From positions 1 to 58,779 of IMG/VR virus record IMGVR_UViG_3300030319_000027: 58,779 nt of DNA. One strand, 5' to 3'. Positions within the stretch are counted from its first letter, which is position 1. Each line of letters begins with the position of its first letter. The notes beneath the pieces are model-generated. The model saw only the letters and a program-made list of their open reading frames with translations, searched no databases and was not told the origin of the DNA. The position numbers were made by a program, and so were the translations under genes. Below, piece by piece: positions 44,007 through 53,303 of the stretch. Origin of the DNA: a virus.

Positions 44007-44047
44007 CCCCTGTGTAGCCGTTAAAAACTACACAGGGGTTCTGTTTT
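44007..44047. terminator. Bidirectional terminator
   Basis: CCCCTGTGTAG-N10-CTACACAGGGG followed by a T-rich tail, between convergent genes. A related hairpin lies at 43036-43067. Confidence 0.7.
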
Positions 44048-44684
44048 ACTTATCAGCAATGCAATCCCAGTAGAGATACGCCTTGCCATCTGCGGCATCT
44101 GCGTCATCAAGGAACGCCTTTGCCATGTCAGCGTAGAAGCCCGGAGTGTCAACGGACTGACGCTTTGCAACCTGACAATAATCCGAGTACATCATGTTCA
44201 TGACAGCCCAGAAATCGTTCGGGTCACAGGTGATATTCCGCTGTTTGGCAACGTCCTGTGTCTGTTCCAGCGTCCAGTGACAGCCTTTCGTGCCGTCAGC
44301 GTTCACCATGCTGTCGCACCATTCCTCCGCTTCATCGTGGGTGAGGTGCTTGCGTGGCATCTTGATGGAACGGCTGTCCGCACCGCCATGCTCATACTGT
44401 CCAGACCGCTTGTCCCAGTCGCCGTTCTGCGAGAAGCCGATCTGCGGCATCTTGCGACCATACTCTACGTCAGGGTAGCGGGGGATAGGGTAGGGGTCGA
44501 TGTAGCGGTTCTCCTCCTGCGGGTAGTAAGGATAGCGGTCGTTGCCATCTTCCAGCTTGCGCAGACGGCGTTCCAGATCACGTTCCCTGCGGTCGCGCTC
44601 TTCCTCAAGACGGTCACGTTCCGGCTCACGGTCTTTGTCGTGTTCACGGAGCATCATCATGCGGCGAAAATTGTTCTTGCCCAT
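44046..44684 (-). CDS. Hypothetical protein (charged R/E/D N-terminus, Pro/Tyr-rich linker, conserved-looking C-terminal domain)
   Basis: 212-aa ORF, the last gene of a 5-gene minus-strand operon. Confidence 0.5.
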   Translation of the reverse strand: MGKNNFRRMMMLREHDKDREPERDRLEEERDRRERDLERRLRKLEDGNDRYPYYPQEENRYIDPYPIPRYPDVEYGRKMPQIGFSQNGDWDKRSGQYEHGGADSRSIKMPRKHLTHDEAEEWCDSMVNADGTKGCHWTLEQTQDVAKQRNITCDPNDFWAVMNMMYSDYCQVAKRQSVDTPGFYADMAKAFLDDADAADGKAYLYWDCIADK

Positions 44685-44697
44685 AATCTATACCTCC

Positions 44698-45069
44698 TCA
44701 AGAAATGGACGCAGGCGCACCAGCGTGGGAGCGGCAGAAGCAGCCAAGATATTTGAATGTTCCGGTGCCGGTCGCAGACGTTGCCACGCGGGTAGCGTAG
44801 CGGGTGCGGGTGTGGATGCTCTCGGCGGTCGCCTGAGCGCAGTTGCAGTCGGTCAGAGGGTATGCGGTCGTTCCTGCACCGATGGTGATGACCACCGGGG
44901 CGTTGATAGTGGTCGTGTCCGGCAAGCTCTGGGCGACCACAATGCAATAGCGCTCTCCGTTTTGGTATGCGCCAGCAGGGATATTGATGGTCAGCGTATC
45001 ATTAGCGAACGTGACCGCATTCGAGATGACGAGGTGCGGGCAGAGTTTGCAGCTTGTTTTGCAAGCCAT
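44698..45069 (-). CDS. Cys-rich hypothetical protein
   Basis: 123 aa with MACKTSCKLCPH..., CNC and GCFC motifs. Confidence 0.5.
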   Translation of the reverse strand: MACKTSCKLCPHLVISNAVTFANDTLTINIPAGAYQNGERYCIVVAQSLPDTTTINAPVVITIGAGTTAYPLTDCNCAQATAESIHTRTRYATRVATSATGTGTFKYLGCFCRSHAGAPASIS

Positions 45070-45154
45070 AATGTTTTCCTCCTAAAAAATCAGGGGCAGA
45101 GGTGTCTTACCCCTGCCCCGATGGTTCACCCGGTGTTATCGGGGAGTGTGTAGG

Positions 45155-46027
45155 TTAGCAGCAGCCGCAGCAGTTCACGCCCACGTTGGGGTTTGCCACC
45201 TGATAAGCGGGAATCGGACGAGGGTTGACCCGGTTCAGGATGGTATCGGTCTGCTGGGACATCACGGTGGTCAGAAGCGCATTCTGACGATCCTGAGAAG
45301 CGGCAAACTTCAGGCTCTGGTTCTCAGCGGTCAGAGTGGCAATCTTATCCTGCGTGAAGTAGTCCATCATGCTGCGGAAGTTGGCGTTGCAGTTGTCCAC
45401 GATGGCGCGGGCGTTGTCTGCGATAGCCTGACGGGTAGCGCAGTCCTGCTGTGCAATGGTGTACTTCAGGTCGCCGATCAGCTGCTTGTTCTCGCAGCAG
45501 CAAGACGCAAGCTGCGTCTGGATAGCGGTCTGACCCGCCTGACGTGCGTTGCCCTCCTGCATGATAGCAAGGCTGATGGCGTTGTCGCCGTTGGACACGC
45601 TGCGTTCCAGACCGTTCACGAGCTGTGCGTTCTGGTAGCCGAGCTGACAGATAGCGTTGTTCACGCTTGCAAAGCCGTTTGCGATATTGGCGTTGACGCC
45701 ATTCATCTGCGCCAGCTGGTCATAGCCAAGAGAGCAGATACCGCTCTGGATGCCAGCCAAAGAACGGGAAGTGTCCTGCTGGTAGAAGCCCTCAGACAGA
45801 GCCGCACGAGTATCTGCGCCGCCCTGACCGGTTGCACCGGTGCCCACCAGATAGGGGATGTAGCTGTTCATGCCGTTGTCACCACCGTTTCGACCGTAGC
45901 CGTTTGTGCCCCAGCCGAAGATGATGGCGAGGATGATAACCGCCCACAGACCTTCGTTGCCGAAGAATCCGCCGTTGTTATTGCCGCCGTCCTGCCCAGC
46001 CAGATAGCCAGTTGCAAAATCGTCCAT
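45155..46027 (-). CDS. Membrane-anchored hypothetical protein ending in CCGCC
   Basis: 290 aa with a Gly/Asn-rich N-terminus, one TM segment (LWAVIILAIIFGWG), a Gln/Asn/Ala-rich helical region, CCC internally, and a C-terminal NCCGCC. Confidence 0.55.
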   Translation of the reverse strand: MDDFATGYLAGQDGGNNNGGFFGNEGLWAVIILAIIFGWGTNGYGRNGGDNGMNSYIPYLVGTGATGQGGADTRAALSEGFYQQDTSRSLAGIQSGICSLGYDQLAQMNGVNANIANGFASVNNAICQLGYQNAQLVNGLERSVSNGDNAISLAIMQEGNARQAGQTAIQTQLASCCCENKQLIGDLKYTIAQQDCATRQAIADNARAIVDNCNANFRSMMDYFTQDKIATLTAENQSLKFAASQDRQNALLTTVMSQQTDTILNRVNPRPIPAYQVANPNVGVNCCGCC

Positions 46028-46148
46028 AACAAAACTCCTTTCAGTTTTGCGTTATGCTATCCCACCGCCGTGTGCGATGGGCGAAGCCAAACAAAAGCGG
46101 TTTTTGTCAAGTCCGCAAAACTGAGAAGCGTTTCGCTTAGAGGGATGC

Positions 46149-46400
46149 TTATTGGGGCAGAGTCAGGTTCAAAGAACCCGCCAATTGGTTAAGGTCGATG
46201 TGATATTCTTTTGAAAGGTTTTCCGCTATTGCGCGAAGCTGCTTTTCGCTTTTCCCTTGTATTAGGGTCAGTCCGCGCATAAATGGTGCGCTCTGCCCAC
46301 TTAACTGCTGGATAAGCCCCATCGGGTTCTGCCCGGCACGAGCCAAATTTGCAAGCTGCATGATGGGGCTGTGCGTAATCATGTCAAATGGAGAGGGCAT
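46149..46400 (-). CDS. Hypothetical protein
   Basis: 83-aa ORF. Confidence 0.45.
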   Translation of the reverse strand: MPSPFDMITHSPIMQLANLARAGQNPMGLIQQLSGQSAPFMRGLTLIQGKSEKQLRAIAENLSKEYHIDLNQLAGSLNLTLPQ

Positions 46401-46402
46401 TT

Positions 46403-46921
46403 TTATTCTCCTTTCTTTGCTGTGGCAGCGGGCTTAGAAAAGCTCTTTTGCCACTTTTCCAGTTCATCCAGCCTGTGGACGAGGGCGTTATACTGCTCAA
46501 TAGGCACATACTGCTGTGTCGGTGCAGCGGTCTGTTGTGCCTGTTGCGCCTGTATCTGCCGCCATGCTTCCGGGCTGTAAAACTCCTGCACATAAGATTC
46601 ACAGGTGTCCGGGTTAAGCCGCTTGCAGTAGATCACACCGCTGCGCAAATCCGGGCAGTAAGTCGGTCTGCCGTACAGGTCGGACGGTATCGCCAAAAAC
46701 TCCTCCCTGCTGGACACAGGTCTGCCAAGCAACCAACCGCCGTCCTGTACCGACTGCTGAACAGGCTGCTGCCCATTCATCGGCTGCGGACGCTGCTGCT
46801 GTGCCTGCTGCATCTGCGTGTTCGGCAGGGGAGTGGCAAGCCCTACCGTGCCCATGCCGCCGTAAGGATTGACAGGCTGTTGCGGAACGTAGGGCGCTCC
46901 GGGTGTCGGATAATAGCTCAT
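46403..46921 (-). CDS. Pro/Gln-rich hypothetical protein
   Basis: 172 aa, the first gene of the operon. RBS GGAGGGATGAACC precedes the ATG. Confidence 0.5.
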   Translation of the reverse strand: MSYYPTPGAPYVPQQPVNPYGGMGTVGLATPLPNTQMQQAQQQRPQPMNGQQPVQQSVQDGGWLLGRPVSSREEFLAIPSDLYGRPTYCPDLRSGVIYCKRLNPDTCESYVQEFYSPEAWRQIQAQQAQQTAAPTQQYVPIEQYNALVHRLDELEKWQKSFSKPAATAKKGE

Positions 46922-47026
46922 GGTTCATCCCTCCTATTGCGCCCAGTGTACCGCACCGGGAGAAAACGAGAGACAACGAAGGTACAACGAAGGACAAAAA
47001 TGCTCTATTTTGCCAAAAGAAAAAAA

Positions 47027-47088
47027 GTGCTCATTGAGCACAAAATTTTACAAATAGGCTTGACTTATACGCTCAATGAGCGTATAAT
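47027..47088 (+). promoter_or_regulatory. Promoter with two dyad operators GCTCA-N-TGAGC
   Basis: GTGCTCATTGAGCAC at 47027-47041. TTGACT at 47060-47065, then a 17-nt spacer containing CGCTCAATGAGCG, then TATAAT at 47083-47088. Confidence 0.65.
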
Positions 47089-47197
47089 AAAGACAGTGAA
47101 AGACACCAACACACAACAACATGGAGGTTTTTTATTATGACGAATTTTGAAGTTGAACGCATGGAGGCTGCTTTTGAGTATCTGGAGAACAAGTTGA

Positions 47198-47557
47198 ATG
47201 ACCACTACTCCTTATCTGCTGGGATGTGGCGACCCGGAACGTGTCAAGAAAGCGCAGAGCCTGATAGCCCGCCGCATGATCGCGTATAACGAGGTGAAGG
47301 ACGCGCTTACCGCGTTTAGTCTTTTTGATGAAAGCGATGCTGCAATCGCAGAAAAAGCGTTCAAGGATCCTAAAAACAATGACCACGTTTTTGCTTTCAG
47401 CGTGTCCTGCAAAAAGTTTGCAAGCGAGGAGCACCGTCAGGTAGGCGCAAATGCCGAGCAGGCAGAGCAGTTCCTACGCAACCATCTTGCGTTTGAATAC
47501 TGCAACAGCATGACCCCGGATGACTTTGAAATTAAGCTCCTCGGTCAAATGTGCTAA
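47198..47557 (+). CDS. Hypothetical protein
   Basis: 119-aa track ORF with no SD. A 50-codon ORF at 47137..47289 with a strong GGAGG RBS overlaps it in another frame. Confidence 0.4.
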   Translation: MTTTPYLLGCGDPERVKKAQSLIARRMIAYNEVKDALTAFSLFDESDAAIAEKAFKDPKNNDHVFAFSVSCKKFASEEHRQVGANAEQAEQFLRNHLAFEYCNSMTPDDFEIKLLGQMC

Positions 47558-47663
47558 ATAAAAAAGCCCCGTCAAGTGCAGCGAACACTTGACGGGGCTT
47601 TTGTGAAAGACGTACCATGGAGGTACACGAACATATTATCATGCGAAAGAAAGGAAGTCAACT

Positions 47664-47981
47664 ATGTACAGCAATGCAGAACTTTTTGGCATGGCTGCCA
47701 AGCAGCCGAAGGAAATCTTTATCAATAACGTTACACTCAGCATCCCGGACGATGCCGAGGGGCATGTCGATCTGGACGCCGAGATCGCCCGCCTGTCCCA
47801 TCTCTGGGACGTCTCCCGCATGAGCGTGCGGGAGATGGTGGTGGCATCCGGCATCAGCCAGACCGCCTTTGCAAAGGGTGCGGGCATCCCGCGCCGCACG
47901 GTGCAGGGGTGGTGTTTGGGCGAGCGCGACTGCCCGGAATACGTCCGCTTCCTGCTGGCCGAGCACTATGGGCTGATCTGA
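47664..47981 (+). CDS. HTH-containing hypothetical protein
   Basis: Candidate HTH region VREMVVASGISQTAFAKGAGIPRRTVQGW. Confidence 0.5.
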   Translation: MYSNAELFGMAAKQPKEIFINNVTLSIPDDAEGHVDLDAEIARLSHLWDVSRMSVREMVVASGISQTAFAKGAGIPRRTVQGWCLGERDCPEYVRFLLAEHYGLI

Positions 47982-47991
47982 GGAGAATGTT

Positions 47992-48699
47992 ATGGCAGAA
48001 GATTTGACTGGAAAGCATTTTGGAAAGTGGACGGTGCTTGCGCCGTCTGAAAAGCCGCACTACTACACATGCCAGTGTGAGTGCGGAGTGGTAAAAGACG
48101 TGTATGACAGCTCCCTGCGTCTTGGCAAAAGCCGAAGCTGTCTGTCTTGCGCGAATCGAGGGCAAAAGCCAGCCATGACGGAGACGGCTTTACGAAAGGC
48201 GAAGAAAAAAGAAGGACAGATTATTAACGGATGGAAAGTATTGGAAGTTTTGCCCGAAAAGAGGTCAGGCTGCTTTCTGTGCCGTGCTATTTGCCCGAAA
48301 TGTGGGAAGGAAACCGCCGTAAAGATCACAAGGCTTTCTCGAATCCAGCATTGCGCAGATTGCAACAGGGACATTGGAGAGAAAACCGGGGCAATTCACA
48401 GCACAGCTTACGCGGGTGGCTCTTCCCTTATGTCGATTCGCACAAGGGCGGTCGGAGGCCATATCAATAAAAATTCCACTTCTGGCGCAAATGGCGTGTG
48501 TAAAGACTGCCACGGTCGATGGCGTGCATATATCAATTTCCAACGCAAGCAATATCATCTCGGCAGCTATGACACGGTCGAGGAAGCCGTTGCGGCCCGC
48601 AAAGAGGCCGAAGAACTGATCTACGCCCCGTACCTTAAAGAACATGAAGGATGGGAAGAAGAACTTTCCAGCAGGCTTGAGGAATTGAAGAAAAAGTAA
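47992..48699 (+). CDS. AP2-domain DNA-binding protein with N-terminal Cys-cluster repeats
   Basis: AP2-like motif WRAYINFQRKQYHLGSYDTVEEAVAARKEAE. Two GxW(T/K)VL...CxCxCG-type zinc modules are present. Confidence 0.6.
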   Translation: MAEDLTGKHFGKWTVLAPSEKPHYYTCQCECGVVKDVYDSSLRLGKSRSCLSCANRGQKPAMTETALRKAKKKEGQIINGWKVLEVLPEKRSGCFLCRAICPKCGKETAVKITRLSRIQHCADCNRDIGEKTGAIHSTAYAGGSSLMSIRTRAVGGHINKNSTSGANGVCKDCHGRWRAYINFQRKQYHLGSYDTVEEAVAARKEAEELIYAPYLKEHEGWEEELSSRLEELKKK

Positions 48700-48705
48700 A
48701 AAAAT

Positions 48706-48780
48706 CCCCCGATGCTCCAAACGGAACACCGGGGGTTGAAAAAAAGAGACCAGCGGAAGAACGTTTACCCGCTGGTCTCT
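48706..48780. terminator. Two hairpin terminators (T-runs on the minus-strand side)
   Basis: CCCCC-N20-GGGGG, and AGAGACCAGCGG-N12-CCGCTGGTCTCT. Each is preceded on the plus strand by an A-run. Confidence 0.6.
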
Positions 48781-48837
48781 TGCATACATTCATGATGGAT
48801 GTGTATGCGCTATCCACCATCTCGTATGATTAGTATA

Positions 48838-49228
48838 TCACACATTCAGCATTTTTTCAATGCTTTTCAGCCGGTAGCCTATCGCCGTCCGGCTGTAATG
48901 TGTCTGTGCTGCAATGTCCGGCAGCGGAAGCCGCTCGACGTACCGCAGTAAGGCTATCTTACGGTCTACCCTCCCAAGCGGTGCGCTTTTGATGGCTGCG
49001 GTCATCTGCTGTCGGTCAAGCCCTTGCAGCGCAGGGGGCAGCACTACACGAGCCGCCGCCACAGGCAGCACCGAGCCAGAAGGGCTGCGGAAGCTGTCCG
49101 GCGTTGCGCACCATAGCGGTGACGACACCGAGACGGTTCACCATTTTGTTGACATCAACAAAATGGTTGCTGATGGCGTACAATTTCGGGCTGTGCCGAA
49201 AATGGTATGTAGTGCTGCTCATGGTCAT
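48838..49228 (-). pseudogene. ArpU/sigma-region-4-like late regulator split over two frames
   Basis: The N-terminal half is ORF 49016..49228. The C-terminal half is ORF 48838..49128 (...RKIALLRYVERLPLPDIAAQTHYSRTAIGYRLKSIEKML). Together they would give about 130 aa. Confidence 0.4.
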
Positions 49229-49461
49229 TCCTCCTGCGTCACATCGTCCGGTGCATCAATCGCACTGTCCTGTGCGTCCAGTGCATCATAGTACGCCTTT
49301 GCCAAAGTTTCCACCTCTGCGATGTCGTCCTCCGTCAGCAGTCCGCTGTCCAGATGGACGTAAGTCTTATCCAGCCAGTAGGCCACATCGCGTCCTGCTG
49401 CAATTTCCCGCTTGATGCTGCGCAGCGTCAAATCATGGCGAGATCTGCTTTTGATTGCCAT
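49225..49461 (-). CDS. Hypothetical protein
   Basis: 78-aa ORF downstream of the fibre gene. Confidence 0.45.
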   Translation of the reverse strand: MAIKSRSRHDLTLRSIKREIAAGRDVAYWLDKTYVHLDSGLLTEDDIAEVETLAKAYYDALDAQDSAIDAPDDVTQEE

Positions 49462-49475
49462 ATGTATGTACCTCC

Positions 49476-51938
49476 TTATGTGTTGGTCATTGATGCCACA
49501 GCATCCTCAAGGTCAGTGATGCGCTTGATGGGGTCTGCTCTGCCGGTCACCGTCACGCTGTCCGCGTCGGTCAGCAGGGTGTTTACACCGGGCAGAGCAG
49601 GGATAGGCTGCGCTCCTGTGGCAGTGAAGGGTTCAGGCTCTTTCAGCGACTGATACACAATCTGCACAGGCGTTCCTGCGGCATATTGTGCAGCACAATA
49701 ATCATTCAGCTCATCTACACTTGAGAACAAGTTCTGCAAACGGTTTGGCTGCGTGAAAAAGAACGCATATGGTTCATTTACTGAAAATTTAGAGGAAATG
49801 AAATGGCTGCATATAATTTTAGATGCGCTAGTTGCACCATCTGCTGTGTGGTACGGCAAATTCCAAAATCTATCATTACCATAAGATGAGAATTTGATTT
49901 TTTTAGCATCAATGGTTGCTATTTTCCACGTCTCCTTCCCATCACCCGTCACAGCATCCACCGTGCCGCCGTAGATGGTGCTCGGTAGGGTCAGGATGGC
50001 GGTTTGGCCGGTGTAGGGGGTGTATTCGGTGGGCGAGGTGGAGCCGGGTACAAGTGCAAAGTTTTTTAAATCAGCCGATGTTTCCTTCGCAGAGAGGCCA
50101 CCAGTAAGGCCCACCTGGAAATAAGCCGCGCCCTGTACCGTAAATGTTATCACCTTGTGCGTACCGGACGGATTGTACGGATACAGTAATGTAGCCTTAT
50201 AGTAGGTATTGTGGATTGTATCATACCCTTCCATTCTGGGCAGAATAGATACATCCACCATATTGCCGCTGGCATCATAGCCGCGCAGAAGAAAGCGCCC
50301 ATGTGCTGCTGTATCAGCATCAATCTGAATAGTGTACGTTCCTGCGGGGTATTTTCTTGCAAGCAAAATATAACTAGCGCCCCAGCCAGATGTATCTACC
50401 ACGTGGATGGTGCTGTCATCTACCGTGCAGTCTTTGTTCTCGGCAACGCGGGACACATCCAGCAGATTCTCCCCGCACCGCTCGGCCGTCACGCTGTCAC
50501 GTCCTTTGATGGGGCGAATGTTTTCGTAGGGTGCATAGGCGGTAGCAGTCGTGCCTTTCTCTATCTGCGGTTTTGCCGAAGCATTATCCAGTGTGCCAGA
50601 TGCGGCAAAAAACAAGGTGGCTTTTTGTATGTCACTCTCTACTGTAAACGTACATGGCTGTCCAATAATTTGCGCGGCAATCGTAGGAGCATCATCTGCA
50701 TCCCTATTGAGAATTGATATACGAAAATGCGACATTGCGCTAATCGTGTATGTACCAGCAGGAAGCGAAAAATAATCAGAGTTGTAGTATGAAGCCCCAT
50801 TTGCCGTTCCAGTTGCTGTTACAGTGCCATCGGGGGCTATTGTCCACGTTAATCCATTGTTCAAGGTTCTTTCTGGCATCCATGCGGGATTAAACAGATT
50901 TTTCCCTCCACCCGCCGGATACGGCGTTCCCTCGCCCTCCTGCGTCGGTTTCCAGCTCACCTTACAGCCCAGCGGATATTTCGCCACCGGGTAGCACACA
51001 GCAGGGTTGCCGCTTTCTTCCAGCGGCGGGCAGAGCACGTCCACGATGTGCTTGCTGCTCCAGGCGTCGGTGCCGACTGTGGTGTCATCTATGACTGCTT
51101 TGGTCGCCAGCGCGTCACCTGTCACTTTAGCGTCAGCTGCCTGCCCGCTCTGGCTCAGGGTGGCATCCACGGTGGCGTCTTTGCCGGGTGCTCCGTCCTT
51201 GCCGTCCGCGCCAGCAGGGCCCGCCTCGCCGGTGTCACCCTTCTCGCCCTGCGGCCCCTGTGGGCCGGTTTCTCCGGGGTCACCTTTGGGGCCTTGAGGG
51301 CCGGGCAAACCTTGTGCGCCCTGTGGCCCTTCGGGGCCGACCGGGCCGGTAGCTCCCGGCTCGCCCTTAAAATCTCCGCTGGCAATGCCGTCATTGAGCT
51401 CCTGCAAGCTCTCGGCGGCCTTTTTCTGTGCGTCACCGGCAGCTTTCTCGCTGGCAGCGGCCTTTTCGGCAGATGCCCCGGCCTGCTGTGCTGCCGTCTG
51501 TGCATCGGACTTGGCCTGCTCTGCGGCGGTGGCATCGGTGTGCACGGCATCCACCAGCTCCTGCCAGGCGGGTGTGCCGGGCTCCGGCATGCTGCCGTTC
51601 TCCGTGCCGGAGTTGGCAGCCACACGGTAGCGCAGATCTGCGCTGGTCACCGTGCGGGTGCCGTCACTGCCCTCAAAGGTGACGCACCCGCTGCCGGGCT
51701 GTGCGGTCACGCTGGCGGGCACGTCCACATAGCCGTCCACCACCAGCGAGGATGCCGGGTCTTTGCCGTCCGGGACGTGCCAGAAGCAACGGATAGCCAG
51801 CCCTTTCCACTCGCCGGAAGCGGTGACTGCAAGGCGGTACACGCCCCGGTTTTTGGTGTAGCCAAAGCGCACCAGCTGCTCATAGCCCGGCACTTTGACG
51901 ACGCCATTGGATGCGAGAGATACGCTTAGCTCGATCAT
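49476..51938 (-). CDS. Tail fibre with a collagen-like triple-helix segment
   Basis: 820 aa. Uninterrupted Gly-X-Y repeats span aa 192-253 (nt 51180-51365). Confidence 0.8.
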   Translation of the reverse strand: MIELSVSLASNGVVKVPGYEQLVRFGYTKNRGVYRLAVTASGEWKGLAIRCFWHVPDGKDPASSLVVDGYVDVPASVTAQPGSGCVTFEGSDGTRTVTSADLRYRVAANSGTENGSMPEPGTPAWQELVDAVHTDATAAEQAKSDAQTAAQQAGASAEKAAASEKAAGDAQKKAAESLQELNDGIASGDFKGEPGATGPVGPEGPQGAQGLPGPQGPKGDPGETGPQGPQGEKGDTGEAGPAGADGKDGAPGKDATVDATLSQSGQAADAKVTGDALATKAVIDDTTVGTDAWSSKHIVDVLCPPLEESGNPAVCYPVAKYPLGCKVSWKPTQEGEGTPYPAGGGKNLFNPAWMPERTLNNGLTWTIAPDGTVTATGTANGASYYNSDYFSLPAGTYTISAMSHFRISILNRDADDAPTIAAQIIGQPCTFTVESDIQKATLFFAASGTLDNASAKPQIEKGTTATAYAPYENIRPIKGRDSVTAERCGENLLDVSRVAENKDCTVDDSTIHVVDTSGWGASYILLARKYPAGTYTIQIDADTAAHGRFLLRGYDASGNMVDVSILPRMEGYDTIHNTYYKATLLYPYNPSGTHKVITFTVQGAAYFQVGLTGGLSAKETSADLKNFALVPGSTSPTEYTPYTGQTAILTLPSTIYGGTVDAVTGDGKETWKIATIDAKKIKFSSYGNDRFWNLPYHTADGATSASKIICSHFISSKFSVNEPYAFFFTQPNRLQNLFSSVDELNDYCAAQYAAGTPVQIVYQSLKEPEPFTATGAQPIPALPGVNTLLTDADSVTVTGRADPIKRITDLEDAVASMTNT

Positions 51939-51941
51939 GGG

Positions 51942-52277
51942 TTACTCCTTGTTGATGGTAGGCTTCTTTTCTGCCAGTGCCTTCTTCATCAGGCTTACGG
52001 CCTTTTCAATCACCGCGTCAAGCACTTCATCCGTGATGATAGGCTTCAGCCATGCAGGGCAGGCCGCACGCAACGCGTCAAAGACCTGCTTCTTTTTCTT
52101 TGCGCCCTGACCGCTGCCCATGATGCTGTCCTCGGCCTTGCACACGAGGTCATAGGCCAGATCTTTGACCAGCTGCTTATAGCCCATGCGGATAGCGCCG
52201 ACAGCCAAAGCCACAAAGCCGACGATAATAAGAACGATTGCGACGGGGGCGGGGATAAAGTTAAGCATTGCTTCCAT
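51942..52277 (-). CDS. Holin (LL-H-like family)
   Basis: N-terminal TM segment, then ...AEDSIMGSGQGAKKKKQ...VLDAVIEKAV pattern. It lies adjacent to the endolysin. Confidence 0.6.
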   Translation of the reverse strand: MEAMLNFIPAPVAIVLIIVGFVALAVGAIRMGYKQLVKDLAYDLVCKAEDSIMGSGQGAKKKKQVFDALRAACPAWLKPIITDEVLDAVIEKAVSLMKKALAEKKPTINKE

Positions 52278-52650
52278 GATTTGTTACTCCTTTCAGTAGG
52301 TAGTTGTTGATATCGGATTTGCTTTTTTGCATACCTTCGCGGTTATTGCCGGATAGTTGCGCATCCAGAAGATTCTGCACGCCAACAAGGACAAGACGCA
52401 TTTCTTCATCGATGCCGTCAAAGCGCGTCAAATCGCGTCTAAGGGCCGCGGCGTGCTGCGTGGAAACAGTTTCTACCGCAGCCAGTCGCTTTTCAATGGT
52501 GTCAATGCGCTTGTTCTGCGCATCGTCGGGGGCCTGTGCATTTTTGACGTACTTGTGGATGATGTCCAGCACCTTGTCGATGGTGATGACCGCAGCGCAC
52601 AGGCTGCCCAAGATGCCCAGCACCCACAGTAGAGCTTCTTTTTCGGTCAT
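52261..52650 (-). CDS. Membrane-anchored coiled-coil lysis accessory protein
   Basis: N-terminal TM segment. It lies between the endolysin and the holin. Confidence 0.45.
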   Translation of the reverse strand: MTEKEALLWVLGILGSLCAAVITIDKVLDIIHKYVKNAQAPDDAQNKRIDTIEKRLAAVETVSTQHAAALRRDLTRFDGIDEEMRLVLVGVQNLLDAQLSGNNREGMQKSKSDINNYLLKGVTNHGSNA

Positions 52651-53303
52651 TTGCCCTCCCGGAGACGGGTCAGGCCCTTCTTGCAGATGATACTGGTATA
52701 GTCCTTGTAGGCAATGGACAGGTCAACATTGCCGGCAACGCCCGGCACGCTGCCGGAGCTGGTATGCTGCCACATCCCATAGGGGTATACCGTGGCGGGC
52801 TTCTGGCTACGGTAGGCCGCCAGCCACACATCATAGGGCTTGAGCGCCGCGCCGGTCATGTAAAGGTGCTTGTCTGCATAGCTCAGGTAGGTGTACAAGA
52901 TAGAGTAAAATCCCCAGTCCTGCACCGTTTTCAGCTCGTAAGCAGTCAGGTCGGTCAGCACCTCTTTGCTAAGCTTCGCGGGCAGCGCGTCCTCGACGTC
53001 CACAGCCACCGGCAGGCGCAGCGTCTTGCCGATCAGGGCGCTTTTCAGCAGGGCCAGCTCCTTGTCAGCTTCTGCCCGGTTGACGGCCTTAAAGTAGCCA
53101 TACACGCCCACCGGGATGTCCAACCGAGTGCACTCTGCATAGTTGCGCTCAAAGGTCGGGTCAAGATACGGCTTGCTGGGTACGCCTGTCTTGCTGTTGC
53201 CCATTGCCCGCAGCATCACACCGTCAATTTTTCCGCTGGCCTTGACCTTGTCCCAGTTGATGTTGCCCTGCCAGCGGGAAACGTCCATGATTGTTTTACT
53301 CAT
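52647..53303 (-). CDS. GH25 muramidase endolysin
   Basis: The N-terminus DVSRWQGNINWDKVKASGKIDGVMLRA is typical of GH25 lysozymes. Confidence 0.85.
   Translation of the reverse strand: MSKTIMDVSRWQGNINWDKVKASGKIDGVMLRAMGNSKTGVPSKPYLDPTFERNYAECTRLDIPVGVYGYFKAVNRAEADKELALLKSALIGKTLRLPVAVDVEDALPAKLSKEVLTDLTAYELKTVQDWGFYSILYTYLSYADKHLYMTGAALKPYDVWLAAYRSQKPATVYPYGMWQHTSSGSVPGVAGNVDLSIAYKDYTSIICKKGLTRLREGK

Noticed and set aside
45146-46192. 348-aa plus-strand ORF
   Set aside because: It is antisense to 45155..46027. It is Val/Ala/Gly/His-rich shadow sequence, whereas the minus-strand gene has a TM helix, coherent composition and operon context.
51007-51929. Several plus- and minus-strand ORFs inside the collagen-repeat region
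   Set aside because: GC-rich Gly-X-Y coding DNA is open in multiple frames. Only the 820-aa minus frame gives a continuous, sensible protein.
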